A stretch of DNA of 63,715 nucleotides, the filler included, from Vezdaea acicularis (Eukaryota): NCBI GenBank assembly GCA_026025075.1. It is 3 parts of 3 records of this genome, joined end to end, with 100 filler letters (N's around TTAATTAATTAA, not from the genome) between each part and the next. Parts side by side here need not be neighbours in the genome. Positions count along the whole stretch, not along the records: positions 47,537 to 63,715 come from JAPEUI010000217.1; 2 more parts are not named here. One strand, written 5' to 3'. Under the pieces are notes generated by a model. It searched no databases, had not been told where the DNA came from, and worked only from the letters and a program-made list of their open reading frames with translations. Shown in pieces: positions 51,136 to 63,715 of this stretch (positions within the stretch are counted from its first letter, which is position 1; every line of letters starts with the position of its first letter). The position numbers and the translations under genes are program-made.

Positions 51136-51695
51136 AAAGTCTTGTCATATGGGCCGTCGACTTCAAGGTGCTTGTATTACTATCGGGTTCGCATATATTT
51201 ATCAAACCGGCGCAGGGAGCATCATCTTAGCATTATAGCAATTGTAGACTTTTCACGCTGAAAGTCTTTAGTGACCAAGAACAATCATACAGTGTATAGA
51301 GTCATGATCAGTTGCTGCCAGCACATGAGACCAACCCAAACGCCCCAGAAGCCACAGGATAAGGCCGTAATGCAATCGCCCAAGATGACAAAGACCACCC
51401 ATTCTTAATGAAGACCAGCCATGCATGAGACTTGCGTGCCGCAAAATTGTATGAGTCACGGTGTTCTAGCCACAACAGACAAAAGGAGAAACACCTTGAC
51501 CCCCTTAAATGAAAACTGTTAATAAAACAAGATGCAAGAATCGAAGTGAAGTATAGCATCTTATGTGCTTTGGTGTTGCTCGGCAGATCGACTGCAAGGT
51601 GTATATCAGGAGATCGGATGATATCGTTATTTTAAAGGTGTAGCTAGAGCAGTGTTGACGTTGAATGTGATTGGGAGAATCTGTCGTGATCTCGG

Positions 51696-52991
51696 TCAGG
51701 AACCCACAACTGCCGAAGTGACGGGTTTTGAGGCAATGTGCATTAGGCTCTCTCTTTGGTTCTTTTCGTTTTCCATTTTCTCCTTGTCGGCTTTAGTGAC
51801 TCTAGGTTTTCGGATGGTCTGGCCTCCTCGTGATCCAGGACCTCCACCCCGTCCAGACCCAGTACCTCGAGATGCGACCCGGCCGCCACGACTACCCGGG
51901 CCCCCGCCCCTTCCTCTACCTCGACCACGTTTGACAGTACCGTCAGCCCTAATTTATTAGCATATTTCAAGCACAAGGCATATTTAAGGCGCGTACCGTT
52001 CTATTGCGGGTTTCTCGCCCTCGGGAATTAAAGGGCCTTTATATACGAAGAACCCGTCTTTACTTGCCGCAGCTTGGGCTTCCCATGCCGTCTCCGAGTC
52101 ATCAATGAAATCGTCGCCAGTATCGTAAGTCTCTTCCTTTCTATTCCTCTTTCTTTTCAGGGTGCCACTTTCAGAAACACTTCCTGCCTTTTCAGTGCCA
52201 TTCATTTCCACGTTACTTTCCGGGTCTGAATCGACGGACATTTCGTCGTGTGATGCCGCTCCAGACGACTTCTCTAATGCAGTCGACATTGCATCGATCT
52301 TGCGCCTTCGTTCTTCGTTAGCTGCTAGGCGAGGGTTCAATCTGGCAGCACCATATTTCTCGACAGCCAGCTTCGTGAAATTAACAACCTTGTTGCATTC
52401 GCCTTTCATGGGCACGTGAAGGATCACCGTTGGTGGACGCAGTTCATTAATCGAATTTGAGGGTGCAGAAGTTGGTCCTCCAAAAAGTGCTGTTGAAAGT
52501 AGGCCGTTACCTTGGGGCATAGGCGGGGACGCCTGCCTTTGGCGAGACTTCGGTGATGGGGCGGACGAAGAAGCTGCTGTGCTTGGTGCAGCTTTCTTTA
52601 CTGTGATGGTGTTATTTTCCTCGGGTATGGCCTGTGCATTTGCTCGAGTTGATTCGTTATCTGATGTCATTTTCGAATCCTCCTGAGGGGTTCTGATAAA
52701 GGGGACAGGGATGGGGGCCATAGCGATCGTGGGTTGAACCACGGAAGGAGACGATGCATTTGAGCTAGTTATATCGACCGTCTGTGGTATATTGGTATGT
52801 TGCGTGTATTGGAGTGGAGTTGGGTGACTAGGTGGATCGATCAGACTTGAGATCGAGGGTGAAGCGCTGGCCCGATTAGGGGATGCATGGGTGCTGGTGA
52901 GCTGTGGTTGGGTCGGCGGAGTACTTGGAACGGTCGTGACGGTATTCACGGAGCGAATAGGATCGAAATTCTGCCCGCTTTTGCGCGGCAT
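51696..52991 (-). CDS. HPC2: HIR complex subunit Hpc2 (HRD/HUN domain), 1 intron near the 3' end
   Basis: VVNFTKLAVEKYG; YDTGDDFIDDSE...SKDGFFVYKGPL; RG-rich final exon. Confidence 0.85.
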
Positions 52992-53223
52992 GATGGCTTT
53001 TGATATTGCGTATGAGGCTGAGGATGGAGATGTTCAGGTAGATAGGGATGTGGCAAGCGGCCGAGCCGCAAGGCGTAAGCGACTTGCAAGTGATCTGGCA
53101 TTGTCGATGGGAAAAAGCGCAAGCAAAAACACAAACGTTTCGAGCATGAAGGAAGAGTTTCACCTAACTTAAAATAGCAACTTTAACCGCGGAAATTGGC
53201 CCTGGGCATTGGCCGGCACATGT

Positions 53224-53282
53224 CGAGCCCCGGTGCATAAGCGAGCCGCGCTAGCTACGCGAGCCTTCTGGAACCGCGAGCC
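53224..53282. promoter_or_regulatory. Four phased CGAGCC motifs in the HPC2/RBA50 divergent intergenic region
   Basis: CGAGCC at 53224, 53242, 53260 and 53277. Confidence 0.45.
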
Positions 53283-53341
53283 TTTTTCCACCCTGCCGAA
53301 CCTTACGCATTTGACTTCTGCGTAAAGACCACCATATCAGC

Positions 53342-54640
53342 ATGGCAATCCCGGGCCAGAGGTTCGAGGTCAATCTTAGTGATGGCGACTCGAGTCTTGA
53401 TCAAGGAGAGTCGGACAGCAACGGCGCAGGAGCGCCCTCCTTTGCCTTTATTGGGGACATCAAAGAACGAGGCCCGGCTCTGACACCCAAGCCTCCTGCA
53501 GCACCGACTTCGAGGAGTTCTGTCACCGGATTTCCTGCTCATAAAAAGCGTTCACACGTATCTGCATTCAGACGGCAAAGAACGAATGAAGGCGCGAGTG
53601 AAACGCCCGCAGCACAGCCAAGTTCGCAGTTGCCGCAAACCACTGCTGCTGCTGTGGCAAAGTTCGAGCAGGATGATCGACGGAGAATTGATCAAGAGAA
53701 CAAACAACGCCTGGCTGCGATGACGCCACAAGAGGTAGAAAAGGAGCGGGCGGAGCTTCTTGCAAGCTTGGATCCATCACTGGTCAGCATGTTTCTCAAG
53801 AGGGCAAACCTCGATGATGGTCGTGGCGATACAGGCACAGAACCGATACCCAAACGGCCAGCGAGGAGTGTACAACCTAGGAACACACAGAATAACCCTC
53901 CATTAGAGCCTCCTCCTACTAGCAGGGAAGATGCCCATCAGATTATAGAATCATCTGAACTTTCAACTCCGTTGTCAACCGCCGACCTTCCTCCCAAAAG
54001 CCTGCCACCTGACCTCCTCCCAGCAAGGACCAAAACAACCCCCAAATTGGGTATGCACTTTCCCAAACCCCCTAAGCCTCCTGATCTTGATCCCTCATCC
54101 TCAACTTTCTTGGATGATCTTCACACGAAGTACTTTCCCGATCTGGAAGCAGATCCCACGAGGCTTGCGTGGATGAAACCTCTTGCCGAAGATCCAAAAG
54201 ACTCGGCATATTCGTCCTCGCAGAATTCGGTCCTACCAGCCGCGATTAGATTTTCTTTCAGAGGCACTCTTCTCTCTCCCAAGGCTGCTGCGAAGATCCC
54301 TGTGACAAAGGGACTACATCACCATGGCCAGGCCCCTGAAGCAGCCGGCTACACTATCCCCGAGCTTGCGCATCTGGCCCGAAGTGCTTTTCCAGCACAG
54401 CGGTGTATTGCTTACCAGACACTTGGAAGGATTCTTTATAGACTTGGCTTAGGAGAGTTTGGGCCGGAGGGCACTGAGCTGAGGGATGGTCTTTGGGGGT
54501 GTATGCAGCAAGGACGAGTCTTGGACAGTCTCATGGCGGAAGCAGGCAGCGAGGGAGGGCATACCAGTGCGAAAGCGCATGCAACGGAAGCCCTTTGGCT
54601 CTGGCGTAGGGGTGGAGGGGACGTAAAGAAAGCTGTTTGA
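53342..54640 (+). CDS. RBA50: RNA polymerase II assembly factor Rba50/RPAP1
   Basis: RPAP1_N IDQENKQRLAAMTPQEVEKERAELL; RPAP1_C GLHHHGQAPEAAGYTIPELAHLARSAFPAQR. Confidence 0.92.
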   Translation: MAIPGQRFEVNLSDGDSSLDQGESDSNGAGAPSFAFIGDIKERGPALTPKPPAAPTSRSSVTGFPAHKKRSHVSAFRRQRTNEGASETPAAQPSSQLPQTTAAAVAKFEQDDRRRIDQENKQRLAAMTPQEVEKERAELLASLDPSLVSMFLKRANLDDGRGDTGTEPIPKRPARSVQPRNTQNNPPLEPPPTSREDAHQIIESSELSTPLSTADLPPKSLPPDLLPARTKTTPKLGMHFPKPPKPPDLDPSSSTFLDDLHTKYFPDLEADPTRLAWMKPLAEDPKDSAYSSSQNSVLPAAIRFSFRGTLLSPKAAAKIPVTKGLHHHGQAPEAAGYTIPELAHLARSAFPAQRCIAYQTLGRILYRLGLGEFGPEGTELRDGLWGCMQQGRVLDSLMAEAGSEGGHTSAKAHATEALWLWRRGGGDVKKAV

Positions 54641-54673
54641 AGAACAAGAAACTTTTAAGCCTAATTCCTCGAC

Positions 54674-55743
54674 CTACGATAATGGCGGTCGCCTTTTGGC
54701 TGAAAGCGCTAGTAACTTCTCCTTCAAAATTTCCCGCTGTGCTTCATCAGCATCTGCTACCTCCTCCCAGTCTTCCGCTTTGACTCTCATATCTGAGGGT
54801 AATATTGACCAGTTGGGACTTTGCTCTTGCTTCAGCCACCGAAAATCGTCAACATGCTCCCACTGGTTTTCTCCCTTGCCGTCAAGGCCTAGACTTCCTG
54901 AGAGGGGGGCAAATCTCATTCCATGACATGCCTCTATGATAGGCCTGCTTCGGCACCATAAATAGACGTCCACGTTCTTACAGTCGTGTACACGTAGCTG
55001 GTGGCAGGACAAGAGAATGACGCATTCGGAAAGAGAAGTCAGGTGAGCGGGACCATCGATCTTGCCGAGGAAAAGCACCGAGTATGAGACGGAGTTCAGA
55101 GTGAGGGTCTGCGGAGGGTCAGAAGGCAAGGAGGGAGGAGTGTAAAGTGTAGAATTCAGGTTGGTTAGAGTCAGAGAGTTAGAAGGGACCGAAGGAGCGG
55201 ATGCTGCATGCAGGACATTTGATACAACTTGGGGTTTAGGCGTAGCAGGTGCATCGGTGGGAGCAGGCGGAGGTGCTCGAGAGTTCTTAAAACCAAACTT
55301 TTTCTTCGGTGCGACGTTCGTAAGCGCTGCATGCGCATTGTCTGTGAGAGTCTTCAAAGTCTGTAACAATGTTAGCAATTGTTCCATGCATATAGTTTTA
55401 AACCCGAAACTGTGTGCGCTGACCCCTGAGTATGCCCTTTGGTCGTATGTAGGCAAGTACGCTACCGCATCTCTCAAGTCATCAGAAAGCCCTGATATCA
55501 GGTATAAGATTGTATTGAGCGCATCCCCCAGTGCCAGGCGCATGGGTGTACTCTGTGAGCTCGAGTCTGGAACATTTATAGTATCCCCTTTAGAAAGCGC
55601 ATCGATTTGAGCTTGAATTTCTGTAGAACATTTAGCTAGATGATCCTGTACGCGGGAATTCAATAAAGCTTGCCGGCAGAAGAGCGCTGAAATCGCTGGT
55701 GAAAGGCAGTTTTTGGGTCACTTGATATTTCTGAGGTCGTCAT
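54674..55743 (-). CDS. CIN2: Tubulin-folding cofactor C (TBCC/Cin2); GC-AG intron 55673-55621 plus a second intron
   Basis: LPTYDQRAY; KKKFGFK; CHQLRVHDC; SRPIIEAC; NQWEHVDDFRWLKQEQSPNW. Confidence 0.88.
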
Positions 55744-56227
55744 AGCGATCGAAAGGAAAATAGGGATTTGTAAATCGAAATGCTGTTTAAGCTTAGTCGT
55801 TCTTAAACATTATGGTAAGGGTCAAGTGATTCTGGATGTTAGACAGTTTTTCATTTTTTATGTGGAAGGCCCCGACTTCTGACTACCGAAGCAGAAAATG
55901 CCGATAAAATCACATATGGAGTCACTTGTAAAGGTACAATTCGAATCACTCTCTAAATGAAGTCGCAAAAGCTAGGAGCGGCATTTTTAATCGTACTTCG
56001 AAATAGCTTTGATTAGCGACTCTTCAGGGGCTCCACTCCCACTCCTCAGGTCAGGTTAACAAGTTATGCAAAAACGAATACAGTATAGCAGCGCTTGGAA
56101 GATATTGAAGCTTGATGAGAGAGATCTAGGACTATAAGGGTTTATATATTACGCAAGCCTAGCAGCATCGCGACTACCCCTAGGCTCTCTGTTTTGATCG
56201 ACAGCTACCACAGATGCCCCTCCAGCA

Positions 56228-56973
56228 TCAAGTTGATTTCGACGGCACCTCGATCCCATATCTTTGTCGTATCCTCTCCCGCCGCCTTTCGTCATAACCT
56301 GGAGCTTTTATGCCTATGGGCCATATTAGTTCGTAGTATATCGGTATTTTCCGACTAGACAGCTTACCTCTACCTTCACCTAACTCGTCGATGGTCTCCT
56401 GAATGGGCCGCCGTCGATTTCGCCGCAATTCTTCCTTTCTTTCGAACTCATCCATTGTCGGGTCCTGCTTGTAACCCCGGAGTGAACCACCAGTGTAATG
56501 GTATGCCGCCATGAGGACCGCTAGCCCTGATCCATAGCCCAGCACGGCCGGCATTGTCCTAACTACCGAAGTGTCAGCCCACAATCACTGGCAACGACTC
56601 AGACACTTCGAGTTGGCTTACACTTGAGCCCCATCACGGATCCTGCGAAGAACCCGCCTACCGTTGGATTCCACGTATCGTTCTTTTCACGGAGATTTGC
56701 CGATGCTGTCGAGACAAACTCATATGTTCCGCCCATGGCGGCTTCACGTAAGTCAGGCAGAGATTCATATAGCCGATTCGTTGATAGAGACGTACCAAAG
56801 ACTGCGATTGTCCCCCCTGTACGCGTGAAGATACCCCAAGCGCCAACATTCTGCTTCGTCAATGTGTTTTGAATAGCGGAGATGACTAGACCAGCACCTC
56901 CGACTGTGAGAACGCCAGTCGTGCCCGCAGCGACGGCATCTTTCGCTACATAAGTATCACCATCTGTAGCCAT
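56228..56973 (-). CDS. Complex I accessory subunit NDUFA11 (21.3 kDa, Tim17-like), 3 introns
   Basis: SAIQNTL; YEFVSTASANLREKND; GGFFAG; RRPIQETIDELGEGRGI..PGYDERRRERI. Confidence 0.88.
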
Positions 56974-57541
56974 TGCCGGAGTCTGAGGGCCCGATAGCCA
57001 ATGGGTGCCGCCTTTCTTCGTATAAGCTGTCGTAGGTGGTGAGCTCAAGAGAGCAGTTCGGGTGGCTTGAGGTGCGACAGTAGCGGCCCCCCGCTAAAAG
57101 TTGTCTCGTCGCTTGCGCTTACGAATTAGTCCGCTCAGTTAAGCGGAGCCTCTAATGTTTTTGGGGAAGCTCTCAATAAATCGAAATGATCTAGCATATT
57201 CTCAGATAAACAGCTATATTCCTGTTCACGTATGAGTAGCAGTAGTTGTGACTGGTCCTACTCTGCAACCCTTCTCGTTCTCCCGCGTGGGCTTTATACG
57301 ATTGACAAGCTCGGCTTTCCGCCTTAGACCTGCTCGAGCCGCCACTTCTTTGGCTCTGTCGTACGAACATTAATCTGTTCGCAAATCAGTCAACAGCGCT
57401 GCTGACTTTCCCTTTGTTGTGGCTGTTCGGAGAGAACACGTTTGGCCATAGAATTCGAGGAATTCCCATACCTTCACTAGCTCTTCTAAGCTCTTCTCGG
57501 TCTACTAACCGTTTTCCTCCTTCATCGAGCTTCCGGATGCA

Positions 57542-60500
57542 ATGATTGAGGTAGATCTGACCTCCCGGCCCGGTAAGTATTTCAATGCTATCACATTCGT
57601 GTAGACCTCAGGCACAAGCTAACACACATATCATCCTAGGGAAAACTGCGCCGCGATTCATCGAGGATCTTCTGTCTTATTGTCCCGATAAACTCCCGCC
57701 GTCCGGTCACAATGTTCTTACGGACACACCCCCCAAATTCTTTCCGAAACAGCAAGCAAAAGTAACGGTGGTGGGACGAGGTGCTTGTCGCCACAAATTC
57801 ATGCTAAAAAAAGAGCAGAGTGTATTGAGTAAGACGACAGCGGAACCAGATACTCTTACAGTGTATAAGGTGGCTACATTTTGTCAAGATTGCCGGTGGC
57901 ATCTAGACCTCTCGGTGGATTACAGAAATGGACTCCCTAGTGGCAGGTCTTGCCCAAACGAGGATTACCCTCTACATCACTTACAGTATTTGCCTGCAAG
58001 GACTATAATAGATAGATCTAGGGGACCTGACCATGGGACCGAGCAACATTACTTTCAATGCTCCTATGCAGCTTGTGCGGTCAAAGTGACTGCAAAGCTG
58101 GCGCCTCCCCGAATGACACCCGATTTCCTGCAACTATTTACAGAAGAAGCACTTGAGCAGAGATCGGAATTAGCTATTAAGCTTGACCCCATACGATTTA
58201 AGGATCACAAGAAATATGGACCTTACGATGCTTTAAGCACACTCCAAAGGTACATACATGACGCTCTCCATACCGATGACCCGACAAAAGCTAGGTTTAG
58301 TGAGACAAACCGTATATATCTTCTGAATCTAGGTCCTTCCTGCACTGCGCTAATGGAACGCGTCGGCTTTACGCTTGAGGTGAAATGAATAGTCGAACTG
58401 TGCTTGGCAGCCTTATTAACAATGATACAGGTACATGAAGGTGGGGAACGCACCTGGCATAAGCCGAAGTTGGAGAAGTCCAGCACCCCCACTTACCAGG
58501 ATCCAATCGCCGTGACTCTAGATGATTTCGAATATGAGCTAAGAGTCCTTATGGGTTTAACGAACCCAAAGGCTGTTTCATTCTTTCCGGTTCCTGCGTA
58601 CAAAGAATTCGAGAGGTCTTTAGGGTGCCTGGACTATGCAAGAGAACCTTCAGCGAAACGGAAAATCGATTTCACCCAACCTGAGCACCCACACTATGCA
58701 AGTCTCGGAGCGCTAGCTGATTTCTCTGACGACCTTCTGGTGTTTGCTCATGATCGGCAAAGGCTTTGCGATCCCGAAAATGCTCCATATTATTTCGATT
58801 GTCTCAAAGGCATGGCGGATGGTAGAACGAGCGAGACGCTGCAGACGCGTGTTGCAATTCTCACGTCAGATGGAGAACTCAGCCATGAAGTCGTACAAGA
58901 GGCATACAAATTCTTCGGAATGGATGCAGATAATCCAGATGATGACAACATAATTGGGCTTTTCAAGGCACGTCTTGCTGATACATCGAAAGGGCACGAG
59001 AACGAACTTCGAGACCGCCTAAAAGTCATCGGCCTAGCCCGTCAGAGTCAGAAAATTCAAGCTGTTGCAGCAAAGAGTAAGTCTACCACGTATAGTACAC
59101 TACTGTGACAACAACCTACTACGTGGCCGACCATTTGCTCACATAAAATCTAGCGATCACAAGTTATGAAGAAGCGCTTTCATGGCTGGATGCGGCCGAA
59201 CAAATAGCCGATGAGTTTGTTGTCTCGCTAGCAGCTGCAAAGGTATTTTGCGTCTATTTAAAACCCAATCTATCTCTTTCTTGGAGTTGTGATCGACTCA
59301 AATACGCCATTCGTTTATGTTACCTTCTCAGCGAGACAGCCGGTCTAACCAACAGTTTAATTTAGGTTAGTGAAAATCCTAGGGATATCGAAACAGCCCG
59401 CACTGCCGTTTCAATCATTGCGGAAGAGCGTAAGAGTGAACAGCTTCGGAATTGGCTGAGCACTGGAGAGCTGGGAGAAGTCGAAATGGACGAAGAGCAA
59501 GCTTGGGCTGTTTTCGATATTAAGGACCGCACGGCTGATGCTGATTTTATTATCCAAGCCTACAAATTCAATATCGAGGGCAACTCCGACCCAACAAAGT
59601 TCCAAGCAGCGTTACGGGCAATTGGAAAAGCGACAAATAACGAGCAGATCAACAATTTCCTCCTCAACGGCGACGTAGCCATGCAAATGGGATCATACGA
59701 ACGTCCAGTAGGACTTGAGAATACGGGTAATTTCTGCTATCTCAACAGCTTACTACAATATTACTTCTGCCTTGCACCAATGAGGAGGATAGTCCTTGCC
59801 TTTTGGTCTGAATATGGGATGGAAGGATCAGATTTGATTGTTGACGAGCAAGGGAAATCACTCAAACGTATCGGAGGGGAAAAGATAACCAGAGCACATG
59901 TGGTGGAAGGGCGCAAATGTTGGTACTCCTACGTCTCCTGTGGATCATTTGCTAATTGATAGTCATCCGCGAGCTGCAAATCCTTTTTCGAGACCTTATT
60001 GTCTCCAAATCTTCCTCTATATCTCCGAACCGTGAATTGGCACGTCTAACGCTATTACCCATTGGCCGTAGGAGTGGCGTTATCAATTCATCAAAGAGTG
60101 TTGAGATAGAGAAGGGTCAGCCAATTGATACAGATGAGACCCATGAATCAGGAAGCTCATGGCAATTCAGCTCTAATCTGGAACCCGAGAAAGATTTTAA
60201 TGCAATGGAGCTTGATTCTGCCTTTTCTAATGGGGATCACGTCAATGCTACAGCAGACGATGGTGGTAGCGAGGATACTCTAATCGAAAAGCTACCCTCC
60301 TACGAGGAAGCCGGGGATTATTTGATGATCAACTCTGGCCAAGAAGCTCAGCAGGAAAAGATCCTTGAGGACAAAGAGAACCACGCCCCCAGTAAGGAAG
60401 ACGTCCCCGTTCCACAGAAGGATCATCTCAATGGAATACCTTTAGAGAATGTTGGACAGTCAAGAATGAACCTGCAGGACATCCCACATCCTGATCATCC

Positions 60501-61962
60501 TTCGGAACAGCCCGACTTCCCGGAGGTCATGAATGGTGTTGAGCCGGCCATGGTCCAGCCACAACCAGCAATACCGGATCGGCCTCCTCCGGTACCTCCT
60601 AGGCCTAAGTCTCTTTCAAATCAACATGGTGGTATTGATGAACTGAATCTGAGGAACCAGCAAGACGTTACTGAGGCAATGGAGAATTTCATGTACCAGG
60701 TTGAGTATTGCATGAAGCCGGATGATCTTGGTCTCGGCGAAGATGGGGAGCAACATGATGAAATCAAAACGTATGTTATTCTCTTCTCCAGATTCAATAT
60801 CGCAACATGCCTAAGTTTATCAAAGGATATTTTATGGAAAAATGAAGACGACGACAACAAAGCCCGGTTGCAAAGCAAGCTCAAAGACTTCTTATTTCCT
60901 TGATCTGAAGATTAATGTTGTCGGTGGACCTCGCGGCATATATGAAGCCCTTGATCAAGTTTTTCATCTCGAAGATGTAGAAGTCGATAATGTTATCTCG
61001 AAGCAGTACTCCTCTATTACTGAAGCACCAAGGATACTTCAAATTCAAGTCCAAAGAGCACAGTACGACATCACAAAGCATAAATCCTACAAATCAGAGG
61101 CTCATCTGAGAATGGAAGATGTTATATATCTTGACAGATTCATGGACCCTCAAAATTCCTCAGAACTTACTTTAAGACAAGAGTCATGGGCCATAAGAGC
61201 TGAGCTTGCTGAGCTTGACGCTCGTAGAAAGAGCTTGAACAAGGATTCAGTACGTGTCTCCCATGTAGGTTTTCCGTTGAAGCGGTTTATTGATGCTGTT
61301 TAGGATACCAGTATGAATGCGATGGACTTAATGAGGGTAACTAGGGATTACGTCGACCACCACCAAAGATTCACTAATGGAGATACTGCTCTGCTCAACA
61401 TAGATCCAACTATAAAGGATGCGCTGGAGGCTAGAATGGAGGAACTCAATTCTGAAGCAAACCGTATGGCTAACAATCTCCTGTCGAAATATCCATCAAG
61501 GCATCAAGCGATAAAAGCTAATAGTGTATCTTTTTCTCTCGTAGATCTCGCGGCAGCCATCCAAGATAGAATGGAGAGGATGGATCACCTTTTCGATGGT
61601 ATGCAGCGCCATAAGTATCGTCTCTTTGCTGTGTGCTTCCATCGAGGTAAGCTACCTAGCCCCAGCACCAGTAATGCAAGTCACTGACGGATATCTTTAC
61701 AGGCTCTGCAACTTTCGGTCATTACTGGATAACGATACATGATCATAAGATGGGCATCTGGCGCAAGTATAACGACAGCTCCGTTACCACGATTGATCGC
61801 AGAGAAGTATTTGAGCAAGCTGATATAAACCCTGCAACACCTTACTTTCTCGCGTATGTGAGAGACGACATCGCCGACCAAGTCGTAGATCCACTCTGCC
61901 GAGGATCCAACATTGAGTTTGATGAGAGTGGCAACATGATAGTGGTAGACCAGACTGAATAG
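57542..61962 (+). CDS. UBP2: Ubiquitin C-terminal hydrolase Ubp2-like (USP family), ~9 introns
   Basis: GKTAPRFIEDL; Cys box RPVGLENTGNFCYLNSLLQY; QQDVTE; LQIQVQR; His box HRG...GHYW...WRKYND. Confidence 0.9.
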
Positions 61963-62372
61963 CCGACGTCAGGGCCTTCTCTTACTTCTCCAGCCTTTTG
62001 GCCTCAACGGACTTTTTGAACTGATGCATTGAGGCGTTGCATTTTGAGGTTCAACCTCCTGCATTGCGCGGCGTTCACACATTCTGCGTGGATGTAGAAC
62101 TTTGATCTTGGGCTCAGATCAAGCGGAAATAATTGCATTTGCTCTTGCACAATACATAGCGTTATACCCGTAACTGTAGCCAATCAGACCATTTAAGACT
62201 CATAGTCCAATCACAAAACTTAAGATGCTTCTAAGACTGGATACTAAACCACCCGCTTGACACATCTAGTGACGTCCGCATAAAGAAACGCCATAACGAT
62301 GCGTTGATAATGCAAGATCATTCCGTACAAGTCGTGACTGACATCAGGAATACAAGCCGCCCGGACGCATGA

Positions 62373-63673
62373 TCAAGATTGAGGGACTGGAGGGTTCGTG
62401 ACCAGCTCTGCACCATTAGATTCCCCCTTGTCATCAACTTCCATCACTGCCTTTTCGTTCTCGTTCTCTTCGAGCAGCGGCGCGCCATTCCTGAAGTTGG
62501 AGGATGAGATGCTGCCTCGATATCGCTCATCCCACTTCTGCCTCAAAACCTGGTATATAAAATGAAGCTGAGATTCGCTTTGCACCATAGTCATTCGTTG
62601 CTCGCGGAGCGCATTTACAGTGTTGAATACCACATCCGTATCATCCGGGGACTCCTTTAGCGCGTCATCTTCCAGTTCACAGAGCAGGTGGTCAAGCGTG
62701 ATGAAGGTGCCTGATCTTCCAACGCCAGCACTGCAGTGGATGATCCGTGGGCCATCTCCGGTGCTCTTTACGTTCGAAAGTTTGATCAATTCGAGTAATG
62801 CATCGCGGTCCTCGCCCTCGGGGATGCTGAAGTCGGGCCACCTTGAAAATAGTAGATGCCACACCACCTTCTCCTCCTCACCGACTTTAAGGCTCAGCTT
62901 CCGTATATGCGAGTGAGATTCTGCGTGATAGTTGTTTTCGATTAATGTCACAGTAGCATTAAACCCATCTCCAAACTCATCTTCGTCGTTTATGATAATG
63001 GGCGAGCTATCGAAGTCTTCGGGGTAGTACTGAAAGCACTTATTCCAGTTGGCTTCACGGAGGGGGGTCAACATGACGATGACAGCAGGGGAGGCTGTTT
63101 CGTGCCATATCATGCGCCAGACGTGGTTGAATTGCCCCTGCTTGGGCCCCTGTGTGGCAATGTACCGCTTTTCTTTCTGGTTCCGCAAGCTACGTAGGGT
63201 GATAGGAGAAGCATTTATGTAGTCACAATGCGCCGTAGGTACTTGAAGGTGAACACGGTTGTTGGCCCATGGTTTGATGTTCGTGTAACGGTCTCGTACG
63301 TTTGTTAAGGGTGTATCCTCGTGTGTCCATGGGAAAGAAGGGTCTTGATGTTGATGTCCTTGGGCCAGACGGATGCGCTCTTGCCATTCAAGTTCGTGGA
63401 ACTGAGCAAGGATTTCTGTGGCACACGTAGAGAAGTTAGTCTTAGCTTGCAGAGAATGAAGTGCCCCACGGTGGGGTCAGAAAACTTACGGTTTTTTGTA
63501 AGGTCCAAGTAAGCAGGCACACGTATGTCTTCCTTCAAGGGTGCCAATGTGTGTGTACGGGTTTCCGAGCGTTGCCTTATGGACTCTGGTGATGATGGAG
63601 GCCGTACTTCGGGAGATCGCGATCGTCGCGACCTACGAGAATCGGATCGACGTATTCCTAATGGCGCCGTCAT
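62373..63673 (-). CDS. PTP1: Classical protein tyrosine phosphatase (Ptp1-like), 1 intron; start codon tentative
   Basis: RDRYTNI; DYINAS; YIATQGP; WPD loop; HCSAGVGRSG; QRMTMVQ. Confidence 0.9.
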
Positions 63674-63715
63674 TGTCCGTAGCTTTTCTAGAGCTTTGCG
63701 CCCGCGCAATTCGGC

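Overview
Eukaryotic, intron-rich DNA from a filamentous ascomycete (Pezizomycotina-type genes; mostly ~50-70 nt GT-AG introns with CTRAC/CTAAY branch points). The window is three contigs joined by artificial 100-nt spacers (N44-TTAATTAATTAA-N44) at 23942-24041 and 47437-47536, so gene adjacency across those points has no biological meaning. I can support about 27 protein genes and one intron-containing tRNA-Ser(UGA). Most are housekeeping genes: PGM3/PRM15-like mutase, SLD1, RSA3, LDB17/Dip1, RPS31, ACE2/SWI5-like, AUR1, SLM1, prenylcysteine oxidase, PDH kinase, SSN6/CYC8, RPL3, KRE6/SKN1, BSD2, CBP6, HPC2, RBA50, tubulin cofactor C, NDUFA11, UBP2 and PTP1. I saw no transposon, CRISPR array or secondary-metabolite cluster, and I cannot support a clearly new multi-gene system. 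The best leads are: (i) an unrecognised secreted protein built from repeated Cys/GG modules; (ii) many non-canonical splice sites (AAG/GAG acceptors, GC donors), including a GAG acceptor needed to rebuild the PGM catalytic motif; (iii) layered RNA-level control of ACE2 (5'-UTR intron, uORF, in-frame exitron-like element); (iv) a loose neighbourhood of sphingolipid genes (SLD1, AUR1, SLM1). All gene names and exon boundaries come from motif recognition by eye; no searches were run.
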